Virus record (IMG/VR): IMGVR_UViG_3300031555_000648
Location: 20,458-84,457 of that record
Source of the DNA: a virus
Taxonomy: Duplodnaviria > Caudoviricetes
Strand: one strand, 5' to 3'
Length of the DNA stretch: 64,000 nucleotides
A model generated the notes under the pieces. The model had not been told where the DNA came from and ran no database searches. It saw only the letters and a program-made list of their open reading frames with translations. Position 1 is the stretch's first letter; each line of letters begins with the position of its first letter. Positions 20,292 to 30,000 of this stretch are shown one piece after another. Position numbers and translations under genes: made by a program.

Positions 20292-21773
20292 CTACTTCGC
20301 AATGACATTCTCTGCTTTAACAACACCTGTTACTGCACCTGTCTTCTTGGTACTGAAAATGACTCCCTTGTCATTAGTTCCTCTGTAGTAGAGAGTACTC
20401 TTAAACACCCAACTTGGAATGGTCTTTCCATTATAGTAGGTAGTTCCTGCTTTAAGAGTAATTACATCACCCTCTTTGAGTTCTTTCTTAACAGGAGCAG
20501 GGGCAACAGAAGTCTTCACCTTTATATACTCTGGGTTCTCTAAGTAGATATATCCATCTTTCTTAGAAGCATAGGACTTTAAGAGACCCCAACCATCTAC
20601 AACTTCAACGATTGTGAATACACCCTTACCTGTCTGACCCACAACATTGTCTCCCATTTTAGGCTCTTTTCTGATGTTAAGGTCATCAACTAAAACCTGT
20701 ACAGAGAATGGTGTTGCAGGGAACTTCTGTGTCTCTTCTTTTACTGTGCTACCACCAAGTCTAGCAGTAACAGTGTTTGCTAAACTCATAAGTCTTCCAT
20801 AGAGATAATCCCCCGGACAACTCTTGTTAGCAAACCATCTGTGAACTGTTAAAAGCATTTCATCACTTGCAGGAACATAAGCAAGTGCTTTAGCCTTATC
20901 AGCAATCCAGATTAACTTGGTCTTCTTGTTACGCTTGCAAATATCAACACATAAGTCCACCAACTTATTGTAAACAGTGCTGTTTACTGCATAAGGGTGT
21001 GTCTTGTCCGAAGCACACTCAATAGTAACTGCTCTCTGGTCATTGGCACTAGAACTACTGCACCAACTTCTGTTTGCTTCATCAACACACAAAACAACTC
21101 TTCCGTCATAACCAATACCATAGTTACAACTTGCTTTTCTGCTAGGACTTGTAAAACAAGAACCAATTCTTTCAGCAGATAACTGTCCTACAACAACGTG
21201 TGGAGTAATTCTGTCAATCTTTTTAGTTCTCACACCACTGTGATTAGGACTCATCACTCTGCAATTTACTAAACTACTATTGCTCATAGTCTTTTCCTCC
21301 TTTACTTTATCATATTTTGTCAAATCCCACTGCTCAAGCACTCTGTACACATTCTCAACATACTTGAGAGAAGTGGCATAGCCATCTTCTTTAATGAGTT
21401 CTAAGTACTTGTGTGGGTCTTCAACACCTTTGAGGTTCTCATAGTTTGGAATATTGATAAACTGAAAATATCCAAGGACACCATCTTTCATATTATCAAA
21501 AGCATACCATGCTGTTGTGTTAGGAAGAGGTGTATAAGAACCATCTTTGTTCTGTTCTGAACCTCCATCTTCAAAATAACCACTGTTACAGGTCACTCTG
21601 TTCTTTCGGTATTTTAAGCCAAAGTAATTATGGTACTCCGCTTTCTTTGAAGTACCATAACCACTCTCTAAACACGCTTGTGCAATAATAGGACTACACA
21701 CTTTAATACCGAACATTGGTGCAAACTCTTGTACATGACCTGCAATAGCTTCAATAAACTCTTGCTTTGTCAT
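20292..21773 (-). CDS. multidomain endolysin: GH73 glucosaminidase, Amidase_2 and SH3-like binding domains
   Basis: IIAQACLESGYG/NYFGLK/GYATS; ITPH...SCNYGIG...TIEC...HRWFANKSCPG. Confidence 0.9.
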   Translation of the reverse strand: MTKQEFIEAIAGHVQEFAPMFGIKVCSPIIAQACLESGYGTSKKAEYHNYFGLKYRKNRVTCNSGYFEDGGSEQNKDGSYTPLPNTTAWYAFDNMKDGVLGYFQFINIPNYENLKGVEDPHKYLELIKEDGYATSLKYVENVYRVLEQWDLTKYDKVKEEKTMSNSSLVNCRVMSPNHSGVRTKKIDRITPHVVVGQLSAERIGSCFTSPSRKASCNYGIGYDGRVVLCVDEANRSWCSSSSANDQRAVTIECASDKTHPYAVNSTVYNKLVDLCVDICKRNKKTKLIWIADKAKALAYVPASDEMLLTVHRWFANKSCPGDYLYGRLMSLANTVTARLGGSTVKEETQKFPATPFSVQVLVDDLNIRKEPKMGDNVVGQTGKGVFTIVEVVDGWGLLKSYASKKDGYIYLENPEYIKVKTSVAPAPVKKELKEGDVITLKAGTTYYNGKTIPSWVFKSTLYYRGTNDKGVIFSTKKTGAVTGVVKAENVIAK

Positions 21774-21779
21774 ACTTAT

Positions 21780-22127
21780 TTACACCTCGTCTTTTTGATG
21801 ATTATTCAGCTTTCCGTCATCTAACAAGTCCTTACACAAGTCAAACCACAACTGAATTACTTTTCTTAATAATTTTTCAGTAATGAACAGGTTAAAAGGA
21901 CTCGGAATGGCACTTCTAGCCAACTGCACTACATACTCAAACTTCTGCTCATTCTCTCCATACTGAAACTCATGTTCAGCTTCAATGAAGAGGTTGTACA
22001 CAGTCTTGCGGATTTTCTCCAACCCAACGTGTTGAACAAACTTCACCACAAGGAAGATTGCAAGTGCAAGGACAAGCACCAAAAAGATGATTGCTAATAC
22101 AGGGTTTTCAATTAAGAAATTGTACAT
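21780..22127 (-). CDS. holin
   Basis: N-terminal TM helix; directly upstream of the endolysin. Confidence 0.65.
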   Translation of the reverse strand: MYNFLIENPVLAIIFLVLVLALAIFLVVKFVQHVGLEKIRKTVYNLFIEAEHEFQYGENEQKFEYVVQLARSAIPSPFNLFITEKLLRKVIQLWFDLCKDLLDDGKLNNHQKDEV

Positions 22128-22138
22128 ACTAACACCTC

Positions 22139-22642
22139 CTATAAGAATTTGTTTTCATGTAAACAGTGTTGGTACACGTCCTCTATGTACTTAAACTCAC
22201 TGTCAATGAAATGGTTTGGTATATCATGGAGTTCACAGTAACCAACATAGTCACTGTAGTCTCTCATAATATTCTCAAAGTGATTTTGTGTGTGGTGGTC
22301 TCCACATCTGCATGAGTCAGCAAATTCGATAATTCTTGACCTTAATCTCTTAGCTTCTTTTTCGTCATCATCTTTCTGCTTCTCACTAAATTTTCTGTCC
22401 ACCTTTTTATCTAACTCAATAATTGCTTCGTTGTTAGCTTTCTGTTGCTGTTCAATCTTGGTTAGCCTTGTATCTACATTATGGGTCAAACATTTGCCTA
22501 TCCACTGTAATAAATGTGTCCAAGGCTTAAATGGTAGTTTCTTGGCTTTCTCAACAACTACACTAAGTACTGTGATTGTTCCCACTATGAAATAAATAAT
22601 GTCTTTCAGTGTGATTGACTCTAAAAATGCAAAATCATTCAT
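22139..22642 (-). CDS. holin-like membrane protein
   Basis: N-terminal hydrophobic segment and coiled coil, in the lysis cassette. Confidence 0.5.
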   Translation of the reverse strand: MNDFAFLESITLKDIIYFIVGTITVLSVVVEKAKKLPFKPWTHLLQWIGKCLTHNVDTRLTKIEQQQKANNEAIIELDKKVDRKFSEKQKDDDEKEAKRLRSRIIEFADSCRCGDHHTQNHFENIMRDYSDYVGYCELHDIPNHFIDSEFKYIEDVYQHCLHENKFL

Positions 22643-22760
22643 AGTGACTCCTAAACTCCTTTCTTAATATTCTTAAGTTATGATACCACATTGAGAAAAT
22701 AAAATCTATACAAATTTAAAAGACCCTACTGAAATTCTTCTCAATAGGGTCTCTGTGGTC

Positions 22761-22904
22761 TTACTCTTCGTATTCAACACCTGTAATCTCATAGAACTCA
22801 TCTTCGGTAATCTTGCCCTTTTTAACAGCATTTTTTACCATCTTGATGTTCCAAAGACCTTTATCATAGTACATCTTAATCTTGTCAAAATCTTTACTCT
22901 TCAT
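22761..22904 (-). CDS. XkdX-family small protein (not in track)
   Basis: MKSKDFDKIKMYYDKGLWNIKMVKNAVKKGKITEDEFYEITGVEYEE*. Confidence 0.8.
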   Translation of the reverse strand: MKSKDFDKIKMYYDKGLWNIKMVKNAVKKGKITEDEFYEITGVEYEE

Positions 22905-23067
22905 AATCTGCACCTCCCATTTCGGTCTCGTCCATTACTGGAATTTCAACGTCTGCCATCATAGCAACATAGTCAAGCATAGCCTGTGTGTTTGCAAGGT
23001 CAGCTTGCATTGCTTCATACTTCCTCTGTTGAACAGGGTCGTTTTGTTTCTTATAAGGATTACTCAT
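22894..23067 (-). CDS. small tail-fibre-associated protein
   Basis: AAGGAG RBS inside the RT 3' end; QAMLDYVAMMADVEI pattern, upstream of XkdX. Confidence 0.6.
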   Translation of the reverse strand: MSNPYKKQNDPVQQRKYEAMQADLANTQAMLDYVAMMADVEIPVMDETEMGGADYEE

Positions 23068-23071
23068 GACT

Positions 23072-24106
23072 TTATTCTCCTTTCCATAAATCTGCATAGT
23101 ATTTATCCATTCTCTGTAACAATTTAGTGGAGTTACCTTTACTTGCGTGGTTTCTCCAAGCGGAATAACATTCATCTACTTTGGCTCTGGTTCTTTCACC
23201 TTTCTTAGCAAGAGCAACAAGCCTATAGAGTTTCTTTCGTTCACGCTTCACATTTTCTGGATTTAGTGTTTTTATCACCTTACCTGTCTTTGTGAGTCTG
23301 AATATGAACCCAAGAAAAAGTATTCCATCACTTATTGGATAGACTCTTGTTTTCTTCTCATTAAATGTAAATCCCATCTTAGAGAGTTCTTCCCTTAAAC
23401 GACACTTACACTCTTCAAGGTATTCAGCGTCCTCATGAATGAGAATAAAATCGTCCATGTATCTGATATAAAACTTAATGTGCAATACTTCTTTTACAAA
23501 GTGGTCTATGGGGTCAAGCACTGAAATTCCTGCTATCTGTATCATCTGACTCCCCGGATTAAATCCTATGTCACCTGCATACTGTTCATCAAGGACTTTC
23601 TCTGCTCTGTTGTAGATACAAGCACCCAAACTCTTGCGAAATATGTCTTTGGCTACACTGTGTTGCATATTGGGATAGTACCCATGTATATCACACTGTA
23701 ACACTGACCAATTAAGACCTCTCTTTCTAAAACACTTCTGCAAGAAACAGACAAGTCTATCTCTTGCGTCATCAGTTCCCTTACCTTTCTGGCAAGCACA
23801 ATTATCTCGTATGAACCTCTTGCTCATTGTTGGGTATATAGCGTTGTCGTTAAGACTTCTCTGATATATCCTGTCTCTAAAGGTGATACTCAATATGTCT
23901 CGTTCCTTTGGTGAGGTCACTTTAAACTTATAAGGCTTATTCGCTTTGTAGGTCTCATTCTTTAACTGTTCCTCTAAAGTCAGCGTTCTTTCAACACCAT
24001 TCAAGAAGTAACTCTGGACTGACCCTTTCCACATAACACCTTTTCTGCACTTATACATTGACTGATACAAGGCTTCAAATCCAATAACATTCTCAAGATT
24101 ATCCAT
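23072..24106 (-). CDS. DGR reverse transcriptase
   Basis: GKGT, DIHGYYPN, GSQMIQ, catalytic YIRYMDDFILI, FLGF; adjacent TR and Avd. Confidence 0.95.
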   Translation of the reverse strand: MDNLENVIGFEALYQSMYKCRKGVMWKGSVQSYFLNGVERTLTLEEQLKNETYKANKPYKFKVTSPKERDILSITFRDRIYQRSLNDNAIYPTMSKRFIRDNCACQKGKGTDDARDRLVCFLQKCFRKRGLNWSVLQCDIHGYYPNMQHSVAKDIFRKSLGACIYNRAEKVLDEQYAGDIGFNPGSQMIQIAGISVLDPIDHFVKEVLHIKFYIRYMDDFILIHEDAEYLEECKCRLREELSKMGFTFNEKKTRVYPISDGILFLGFIFRLTKTGKVIKTLNPENVKRERKKLYRLVALAKKGERTRAKVDECYSAWRNHASKGNSTKLLQRMDKYYADLWKGE

Positions 24107-24276
24107 TCAAAATAGTTTCCGCAACGTGTATAGTTGTACCAACTTTAAAGGTGATTAAAGTTGACAACATCATTGACAGTATTGTTTAGCCATAAGGCAA
24201 GGGTTTTCGGTTCTTTGTGCCATATTTCATAGTGCGTCACTTCTACAAAGTGACTTGTTGTGCCTATTATTTTTTA

Positions 24277-24399
24277 CACAATCCGGAGCACACCTATTCG
24301 CATTGATAGCGTTGTTGTTGTTGACATTACCAGAAGAGTTCACATTCCATGTATTGTTAGCATTACCACGATTACTGCTACGCAGTCGAACATTCTGCG
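24277..24399 (-). ncRNA. DGR template repeat (TR)
   Basis: 123-bp near-copy of 24972-25094; 14 AAY codons in the VR frame; all 13 differences are at TR adenines. Confidence 0.95.
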
Positions 24400-24433
24400 T
24401 CCTTAACCTACACCCTATATAGTGAACGAATGG

Positions 24434-24847
24434 TTACTTAATATCACCATAACGCTTACTATCTGACTCATTCCAACTACGGATTTTGTTTCGGACAGTG
24501 ATTGTCTTCTCTCCCCAATACTTAATCCGTTTCGATTTAAGGTGGAACACTTCTTGTGCCAACTGCATTAAAGCTAAGAGGTTATTACAGTTCAAAGCAG
24601 ATTGCTTCTGCAACCTGTTTCTTTCTTCCCAATCTTCTCTTGTCTTAACATAAATGTTATTAGCAGTCCAACAGTCCATGTAGATACTTTTCGCACAGCT
24701 TATTATATCATTGGTGATACCATTGTTATACTCTGGTAAGAACACGTTCTGATTTTTTGTTATCTGTATGGTGTATGTTGCCAAACTTCTTGCTAGAATG
24801 ATGACTTCTAACTTACTGTGACTTCTTTCACCCTCTGGTACTGACAC
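24434..24847 (-). CDS. avd: DGR accessory variability determinant (Avd, four-helix bundle)
   Basis: Basic helical 137 aa (ANNIY...R...Q..A...IKYW...W..SD) lying between target and TR. Confidence 0.85.
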   Translation of the reverse strand: MSVPEGERSHSKLEVIILARSLATYTIQITKNQNVFLPEYNNGITNDIISCAKSIYMDCWTANNIYVKTREDWEERNRLQKQSALNCNNLLALMQLAQEVFHLKSKRIKYWGEKTITVRNKIRSWNESDSKRYGDIK

Positions 24848-24885
24848 GTCCGTTCCTCCTTTCTCTATTTAGTTTATATAATGCT

Positions 24886-24939
24886 CCACCATGTAGTGAG
24901 AACACCTCAATGGCATTCCCAACCTACATGGTGGTTGGG
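24886..24939. other. hairpin/cruciform downstream of the VR IMH
   Basis: CCACCATGTAG/CTACATGGTGG 11-bp IR and overlapping CCCAACC/GGTTGGG IR. Confidence 0.7.
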
Positions 24940-24960
24940 GATTAAGTTAATGCCCTCTGA

Positions 24961-26196
24961 TTAGCACATGGCACAAACCGGAGCACACCTATACGCATAG
25001 ATAGCGTTGCTGCCGTCGACATAACCAGAAGAGTTCACACTCCACGTATTGCTAGCACTACCACGATTACTGCTACGCAGTCGAACACTCTGCGGAGAAG
25101 TAGGGTTCTCAATAGCAAATGTTCTCATCTGTGGGAATGTACCTCCCTGTGCTAAAGGAGTAGCTGACTCTGATACTCTCTTCCAATACTCAAAAATATC
25201 ACCCTCACCTGCAAGCTGTGGATTGATGTGCATATTTACAAGAGCAGGTAAGAAGAATGTATCATAAGTGTCCTCAAGGTCATCATCTTCAATATCACCA
25301 TCAGTAACAGTGTTAAGTGCTGTAGTCACTTTAACTTTACCTAAGGTCTTAAGGAAGTCATCACCATAGCCACTCATGAAACCTGCTTTGGTTGCTAATT
25401 GGTCTGGTGCTCTGTCGAATTGGTTCTGTGCAAGCCACCAAGCATTTACATCAGCGTCACTGTTCAACCACTGTCTGATTGCACTTTGAGACCATCTGTT
25501 GTAACCATAACCTACTCTGTGCATTGCATTAAGTACTGCGTCTGCACTGTAAGGTGTGTTAGCACTAAGTGTACCTAAAGAAGTACCTGCACTACCCTCG
25601 GTTACTTTTACAGTCTCGATTGCTTCTGTAGCTGTAATGGACTCATAAGAAGATACTGTCCAAGTATTTGGTGCTTGGTCTGGCATTGCTCTAAAACCAC
25701 AAAGAACACCACCTACAGGAACGTCTTTAGTCAATGTGAACTGATATACTTTATCAGCTACTACATTATTGCCCCAAGAATTTCCCATGGTAATGTTGTA
25801 AGTACCTGCTTTAAGAACAGCGTCTTTGCAGTGATAAAATGCTTCATAGTTGTCAAACTGTACACCAAAAGGTGTTGCATAGTGCCACTGTAAAAACATT
25901 GCAGGAACTTCTTCACCATCTGCTAAAGTAACATTGCCAAAGTGTACAATGTCATGTGGCACTTGGTAAGTGATACCTGTTGCTTTGTCTGTCCAAGGCA
26001 CTACAATCTGGTCTCCAATGTGGAACATATCTTGTGCTTTTCCTGCACGAACAATGTTATGAATGTCTTCCAGACTAGAAGTGTTTGCGATTGCTGTATT
26101 TGCGATTGCGTTCAGAAGCATATTCTGTGTCTGCAAGTGTTCAGCAATCTTCTTACCTGTTTCATCTAAGATGATAGGTTTCTGAACTTTACTCAT
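24961..26196 (-). CDS. DGR target: tail fibre/receptor-binding protein with C-terminal variable C-type-lectin-like domain
   Basis: VR at the extreme C-terminus (VRLRSSNRGSASNTWSVNSSGYVDGSNAIYAYRCAPVC); follows the baseplate and tail genes. Confidence 0.9.
   Translation of the reverse strand: MSKVQKPIILDETGKKIAEHLQTQNMLLNAIANTAIANTSSLEDIHNIVRAGKAQDMFHIGDQIVVPWTDKATGITYQVPHDIVHFGNVTLADGEEVPAMFLQWHYATPFGVQFDNYEAFYHCKDAVLKAGTYNITMGNSWGNNVVADKVYQFTLTKDVPVGGVLCGFRAMPDQAPNTWTVSSYESITATEAIETVKVTEGSAGTSLGTLSANTPYSADAVLNAMHRVGYGYNRWSQSAIRQWLNSDADVNAWWLAQNQFDRAPDQLATKAGFMSGYGDDFLKTLGKVKVTTALNTVTDGDIEDDDLEDTYDTFFLPALVNMHINPQLAGEGDIFEYWKRVSESATPLAQGGTFPQMRTFAIENPTSPQSVRLRSSNRGSASNTWSVNSSGYVDGSNAIYAYRCAPVCAMC
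24972..25094 (-). repeat. DGR variable repeat (VR)
   Basis: Aligns to the TR without gaps. Confidence 0.95.
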
Positions 26197-26209
26197 TTAC
26201 TTTTCCTCC

Positions 26210-26836
26210 TTATTCTTCTTCAAAAGTAACACACATTTCGCCACTCTCGTTTAATGATAAACCAAGGTCGGAAACAGGTGTCACTTTGTATTCATCAACA
26301 AAGCTGTTGAGGTCAGAATTAAATGAGCCAACCTCTACATACTTAGCTGTGTCTGTGTTACTAGGTACTTCTGCACCACACATCAATGTGTAGCAAACTG
26401 CCTTTCTGCGTGTAGTTTCAACAGGACTTCTGCTGTCTTGGATTGGATTACTTACTGTAGCACCTGCTGTATTACCATAGGCTTTAAGAGTATCAGTTCT
26501 TGTCACATCAACTTCTTCCACCTTGAAGTAAGCATACTTGTTAGCATTACTTAAAGTAACCTGCACACTCTGAACATAAGCAGTAAGACCACTTTCTTCT
26601 AAGATAACAGTGTTCTTCACTGTCAGCACTTTTGTGTCCTTGTTGAACACTAATGAGTCATCTGCAAGTGGCAACACACAAGACCCAAACGCTTTAATTA
26701 CTCTGGATAACTTGGTGGTCACAATCTGCTGTAACTCATTCATTTCAACCTCAAGCAGTGGTTTGTTAGCACCAAAGACAACACTTGAAAAAGAGGTATT
26801 CTCATTGTAATTACTATGCTTTTCAAATCCGTTCAT
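26210..26836 (-). CDS. tail/baseplate-associated protein
   Basis: FSSVVFGANKPLLEVEMNELQ resembles tail-fibre N-terminal modules; position. Confidence 0.55.
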   Translation of the reverse strand: MNGFEKHSNYNENTSFSSVVFGANKPLLEVEMNELQQIVTTKLSRVIKAFGSCVLPLADDSLVFNKDTKVLTVKNTVILEESGLTAYVQSVQVTLSNANKYAYFKVEEVDVTRTDTLKAYGNTAGATVSNPIQDSRSPVETTRRKAVCYTLMCGAEVPSNTDTAKYVEVGSFNSDLNSFVDEYKVTPVSDLGLSLNESGEMCVTFEEE

Positions 26837-26840
26837 AGCG

Positions 26841-26868
26841 GTTTACCTCCTTATACTAAACTAAGAGT
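26841..26868. repeat. 28-bp direct repeat, copy 1
   Basis: GTTTACCTCCTTATACTAAACTAAGAGT, identical to 28714-28741. Confidence 0.9.
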
Positions 26869-27435
26869 AAATCTCATTGTACGCTCAATGACCATTTCCT
26901 CTGTCTTGGTGATTACTGCATGGTGTCTCTTGTTAATCATGATACCACTGTTTGCAACTGCTGTTGCATTTCCTCCGAAAATACCAAATTCTCTCCAAAC
27001 ACCATTACAATCAGAAGCACCAAAGGTGTGTTTGATTTGAAGAATGTTTGTAGGTGTGGACACCACTTCATAATTGGCATTAAGGAATGATAACTCACTA
27101 GCACTGATAGGAACACGACCTAACTCTGCTGTGAGTCTTGTAGCAGTAATGTCTGGTGTTGGCATTGTGTTATCCCACGCTTCTGCACCACTACCTACTG
27201 CCCAATACTGAATACCTGCATATCCAGACTGTTGTTTCAACAGACACATAACTAAATTCAAGAATGAGTTTACAACTAAATTCTGTCCTACTCTTTCTTC
27301 AACTAAGACACCATTCTTGAAAATTCGGTCAGTAATCTGTCCTGTCATGTGTACATTGGAAGCGTCACCTGCAAGTAACTTCACTGCGAGATTTTCACTA
27401 TCCTGTTGACACATAGATACATTTTCTCTCATCAT
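26851..27435 (-). CDS. tail fibre/baseplate attachment protein
   Basis: NLVVN..., YWAVGSG, WREFGIFGG motifs typical of tail-fibre N-terminal domains; start after GGAGGT. Confidence 0.6.
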   Translation of the reverse strand: MMRENVSMCQQDSENLAVKLLAGDASNVHMTGQITDRIFKNGVLVEERVGQNLVVNSFLNLVMCLLKQQSGYAGIQYWAVGSGAEAWDNTMPTPDITATRLTAELGRVPISASELSFLNANYEVVSTPTNILQIKHTFGASDCNGVWREFGIFGGNATAVANSGIMINKRHHAVITKTEEMVIERTMRFTLSLV

Positions 27436-27474
27436 GGTCTTTTTACCTCCTTGTGATATTTGTTGTATATAGAG

Positions 27475-27515
27475 AAAAGGTGATACCCTTAATATTATTA
27501 AGAATACCACCTTTT
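27475..27515 (-). terminator. long hairpin (terminator-like) closing the inserted cassette
   Basis: AAAAGGTGATA...CTTAAT-att-ATTAAG...TACCACCTTTT. Confidence 0.55.
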
Positions 27516-27570
27516 TGGCTTTTTAGCAAGTAATTATTGATATTGAATTGTACCTTAACATACTTGTCAT

Positions 27571-28092
27571 CTATTCAACCTTATAAATATACAAAGATGC
27601 ATAACCATTAGTGCCTTTTGTAACATTGGCTGTAATTTCTACATTTGCTTCAATATCGAATACCCAAGGCTCTGTCACCGTTCCTGTGGATACAAGAGTT
27701 GCTTCGGCCGGTATTGTCCATCCCATATTTTTAACAGAGCTGGCACTGGCTTCATCACCAGTATATCTTTGAAAATAATATATATTGCCACCAAAAATCA
27801 ATACATTGCCATTTACCAATAATCTTTCTTGAACAGGCTCATTACCACAACCTTGAAACCAAAACGCATATCTTCCACTCTCCAACACTTTCAAACTACC
27901 TGCTGTACTACCAACTGAAAAACCTTGATATTCTAAAGGTATTATACCAAAACTATTGTTCTGACCGCAAAAAGCAAATACTCTATCGTTTACATTGTTT
28001 ACAACCTTTTCATATATAGCGTCAATCTTTTCCTCTGTTTTAGCGTTCATACTTCCTCCACCACCATTGTTAAAATAAGCCATTATAAACAC
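27571..28092 (-). CDS. hypothetical protein with atypical composition
   Basis: 173 aa ORF; codon style looks different from its neighbours (not computed). Confidence 0.55.
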   Translation of the reverse strand: MFIMAYFNNGGGGSMNAKTEEKIDAIYEKVVNNVNDRVFAFCGQNNSFGIIPLEYQGFSVGSTAGSLKVLESGRYAFWFQGCGNEPVQERLLVNGNVLIFGGNIYYFQRYTGDEASASSVKNMGWTIPAEATLVSTGTVTEPWVFDIEANVEITANVTKGTNGYASLYIYKVE

Positions 28093-28709
28093 CTCACTTT
28101 CACTGTTATATCTTTTTCTTGTGCTTCATACATTATTGTGATACTTCCATTTGTCACCACAGGCTCTTCAACAGGACTAACACCCCAGACAGTGTAAATA
28201 TCTACAATAGAGTCTTCTTTAATACGCTCATCTGTAAGTGTTATAGAGGTCTCACCTGCTTTCAATTCACCGACAATGAAATTTAACATATCATTCTCTA
28301 AAGAGTTAATTTCACCCTCCAACACTTTCAGTTGACTCTCAATATTAGTAAGGTCAACCTTTTGTGTCTCAAGCTGTGCAATCTCATAGAAAAGACCTGT
28401 GTATGGGTCAACTTCATCTAACACTTTTGAAATCCACCAATCTGGTACATCAATCTCAACTATGTAGAGGTTGTCACCTACATTGTAAAGACCTTTGTTT
28501 GCTTCATCAGACAGGAATATCCTCATAGCTTCTGTAGTGTAGAAAACGTGTGCTTGATTTCTGCCTTTGGCAACTTTAAGTGCTGTGTCAACATTTTCGT
28601 TTGTTAAACTTAAAGAAACCTGCAAGTCATCAATTCCGTCTTGCAGGTTATCATATAAGTCTTTATTCATTACAGTAACATGGTCTGTAACTTCTCTCCT
28701 TGAATACAT
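28083..28709 (-). CDS. tail-associated hypothetical protein
   Basis: Coiled-coil segments and IVEIDVPDWWI domain; begins right after repeat copy 2. Confidence 0.55.
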   Translation of the reverse strand: MYSRREVTDHVTVMNKDLYDNLQDGIDDLQVSLSLTNENVDTALKVAKGRNQAHVFYTTEAMRIFLSDEANKGLYNVGDNLYIVEIDVPDWWISKVLDEVDPYTGLFYEIAQLETQKVDLTNIESQLKVLEGEINSLENDMLNFIVGELKAGETSITLTDERIKEDSIVDIYTVWGVSPVEEPVVTNGSITIMYEAQEKDITVKVRCL

Positions 28710-28713
28710 TATT

Positions 28714-28741
28714 GTTTACCTCCTTATACTAAACTAAGAGT
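28714..28741. repeat. 28-bp direct repeat, copy 2
   Basis: Identical to 26841-26868. Confidence 0.9.
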
Positions 28742-29983
28742 TTAATGGAGGATAACTGCCTTTTCGCCATTTGCGTAGGTGATGGTGTCATAATTGTTGA
28801 TACCATTAGTGAAAAACCCTCCATTAAGCACATTATACTCGCTGTTAGTAAATGCGTCTATAGGTTGCACTAAACTACCAGAAACTACCATACTGTGTTC
28901 AATGTGGTCTTCTACAATATCAGCAATACCATCATCATAGGTGGCTAAAATACTCTCACCCATTATTGCTTCACCAAGAAGAGCATTATATTCAATTTTC
29001 TTTCCTTTTGACCAAATACTAACATTCTCATTATAGACATTTTTCACACAATTTGTCAAGTATTCAGACAAAATAACTTTTTGCTCTTCCAGAACAGGAA
29101 CAGGCTTAAATATATCAAAGAACTCATCTACCCTTACAAAGTAGTTGAGAATACGTTTATCATTGGTGTTAAAGTTGTCATTATTCAACACACCGATAAG
29201 TGGTGTAAACTCTATGTCAAGACCTGCTTTTTCATTAAGGATAAAGGTAACACTGTCTTTGTGTTGGTCAACCTCAATATAAACAGGAACTTCATTCAGC
29301 ACAAGGTCTCCATTAAGGACTTTTTCTGGGTCATTTAAAGTGGAGTCTTCTGACTGAATTGCAAGGTGTTGTAATCCACCTACTTCATCTTTGGTCTCTA
29401 TAATCAAGTCTTCTAACCACTCTCTTGTGATAAGTCTCAAGTCCTCATAGAACATATAGGAATACACTAAGGATTTCTTTGAGTAGAATGGTAAAAACTT
29501 TTCCAAAATTCTGTTGAACTGTTCAACTTCTGGGAAGTACTCACCAATGTTATAGTCCATTTCAAGTTTGACTTCAATGATAGGTGTAAATCCATCTTCA
29601 TCAATAGTGGTGTTAGTGGTTACTTTAACACCAGACAGTGCAGAGGTAATAAACTCTACAACATCTAATGAGCCTTTCTTTGACCACGCTTCACCTAACT
29701 TTGGTAACAGGTATCTTAAGTAGTTCTCTGGAATACCATTAAACGTCTCAAAGCCAAACTGACGCAAGAGAATGGGTAGGACTTTGGAGTCCACCCTTTC
29801 TGCGTCAATTAAAGTAGTGATACCATTTATGTCAGTGATAGTAGGACTAAAACCTCCGTCTGCTAATGCTTCTAAGTATCTCTTGAGTGCATATTTCTGG
29901 CTTACGTCATCTTCCCTATATTTCGGTGGAAATCTGTTATACATTTTCAACCCAAAATCTTTGTCATTTAATGTATTTGCCAT
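28742..29983 (-). CDS. baseplate wedge/tail protein (gpI-like N-terminus)
   Basis: Follows gpJ; VLPILLRQFG...KKGSLDVVEFI pattern. Confidence 0.6.
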   Translation of the reverse strand: MANTLNDKDFGLKMYNRFPPKYREDDVSQKYALKRYLEALADGGFSPTITDINGITTLIDAERVDSKVLPILLRQFGFETFNGIPENYLRYLLPKLGEAWSKKGSLDVVEFITSALSGVKVTTNTTIDEDGFTPIIEVKLEMDYNIGEYFPEVEQFNRILEKFLPFYSKKSLVYSYMFYEDLRLITREWLEDLIIETKDEVGGLQHLAIQSEDSTLNDPEKVLNGDLVLNEVPVYIEVDQHKDSVTFILNEKAGLDIEFTPLIGVLNNDNFNTNDKRILNYFVRVDEFFDIFKPVPVLEEQKVILSEYLTNCVKNVYNENVSIWSKGKKIEYNALLGEAIMGESILATYDDGIADIVEDHIEHSMVVSGSLVQPIDAFTNSEYNVLNGGFFTNGINNYDTITYANGEKAVILH

Positions 29984-30000
29984 GACTCATCACTCCTTTC

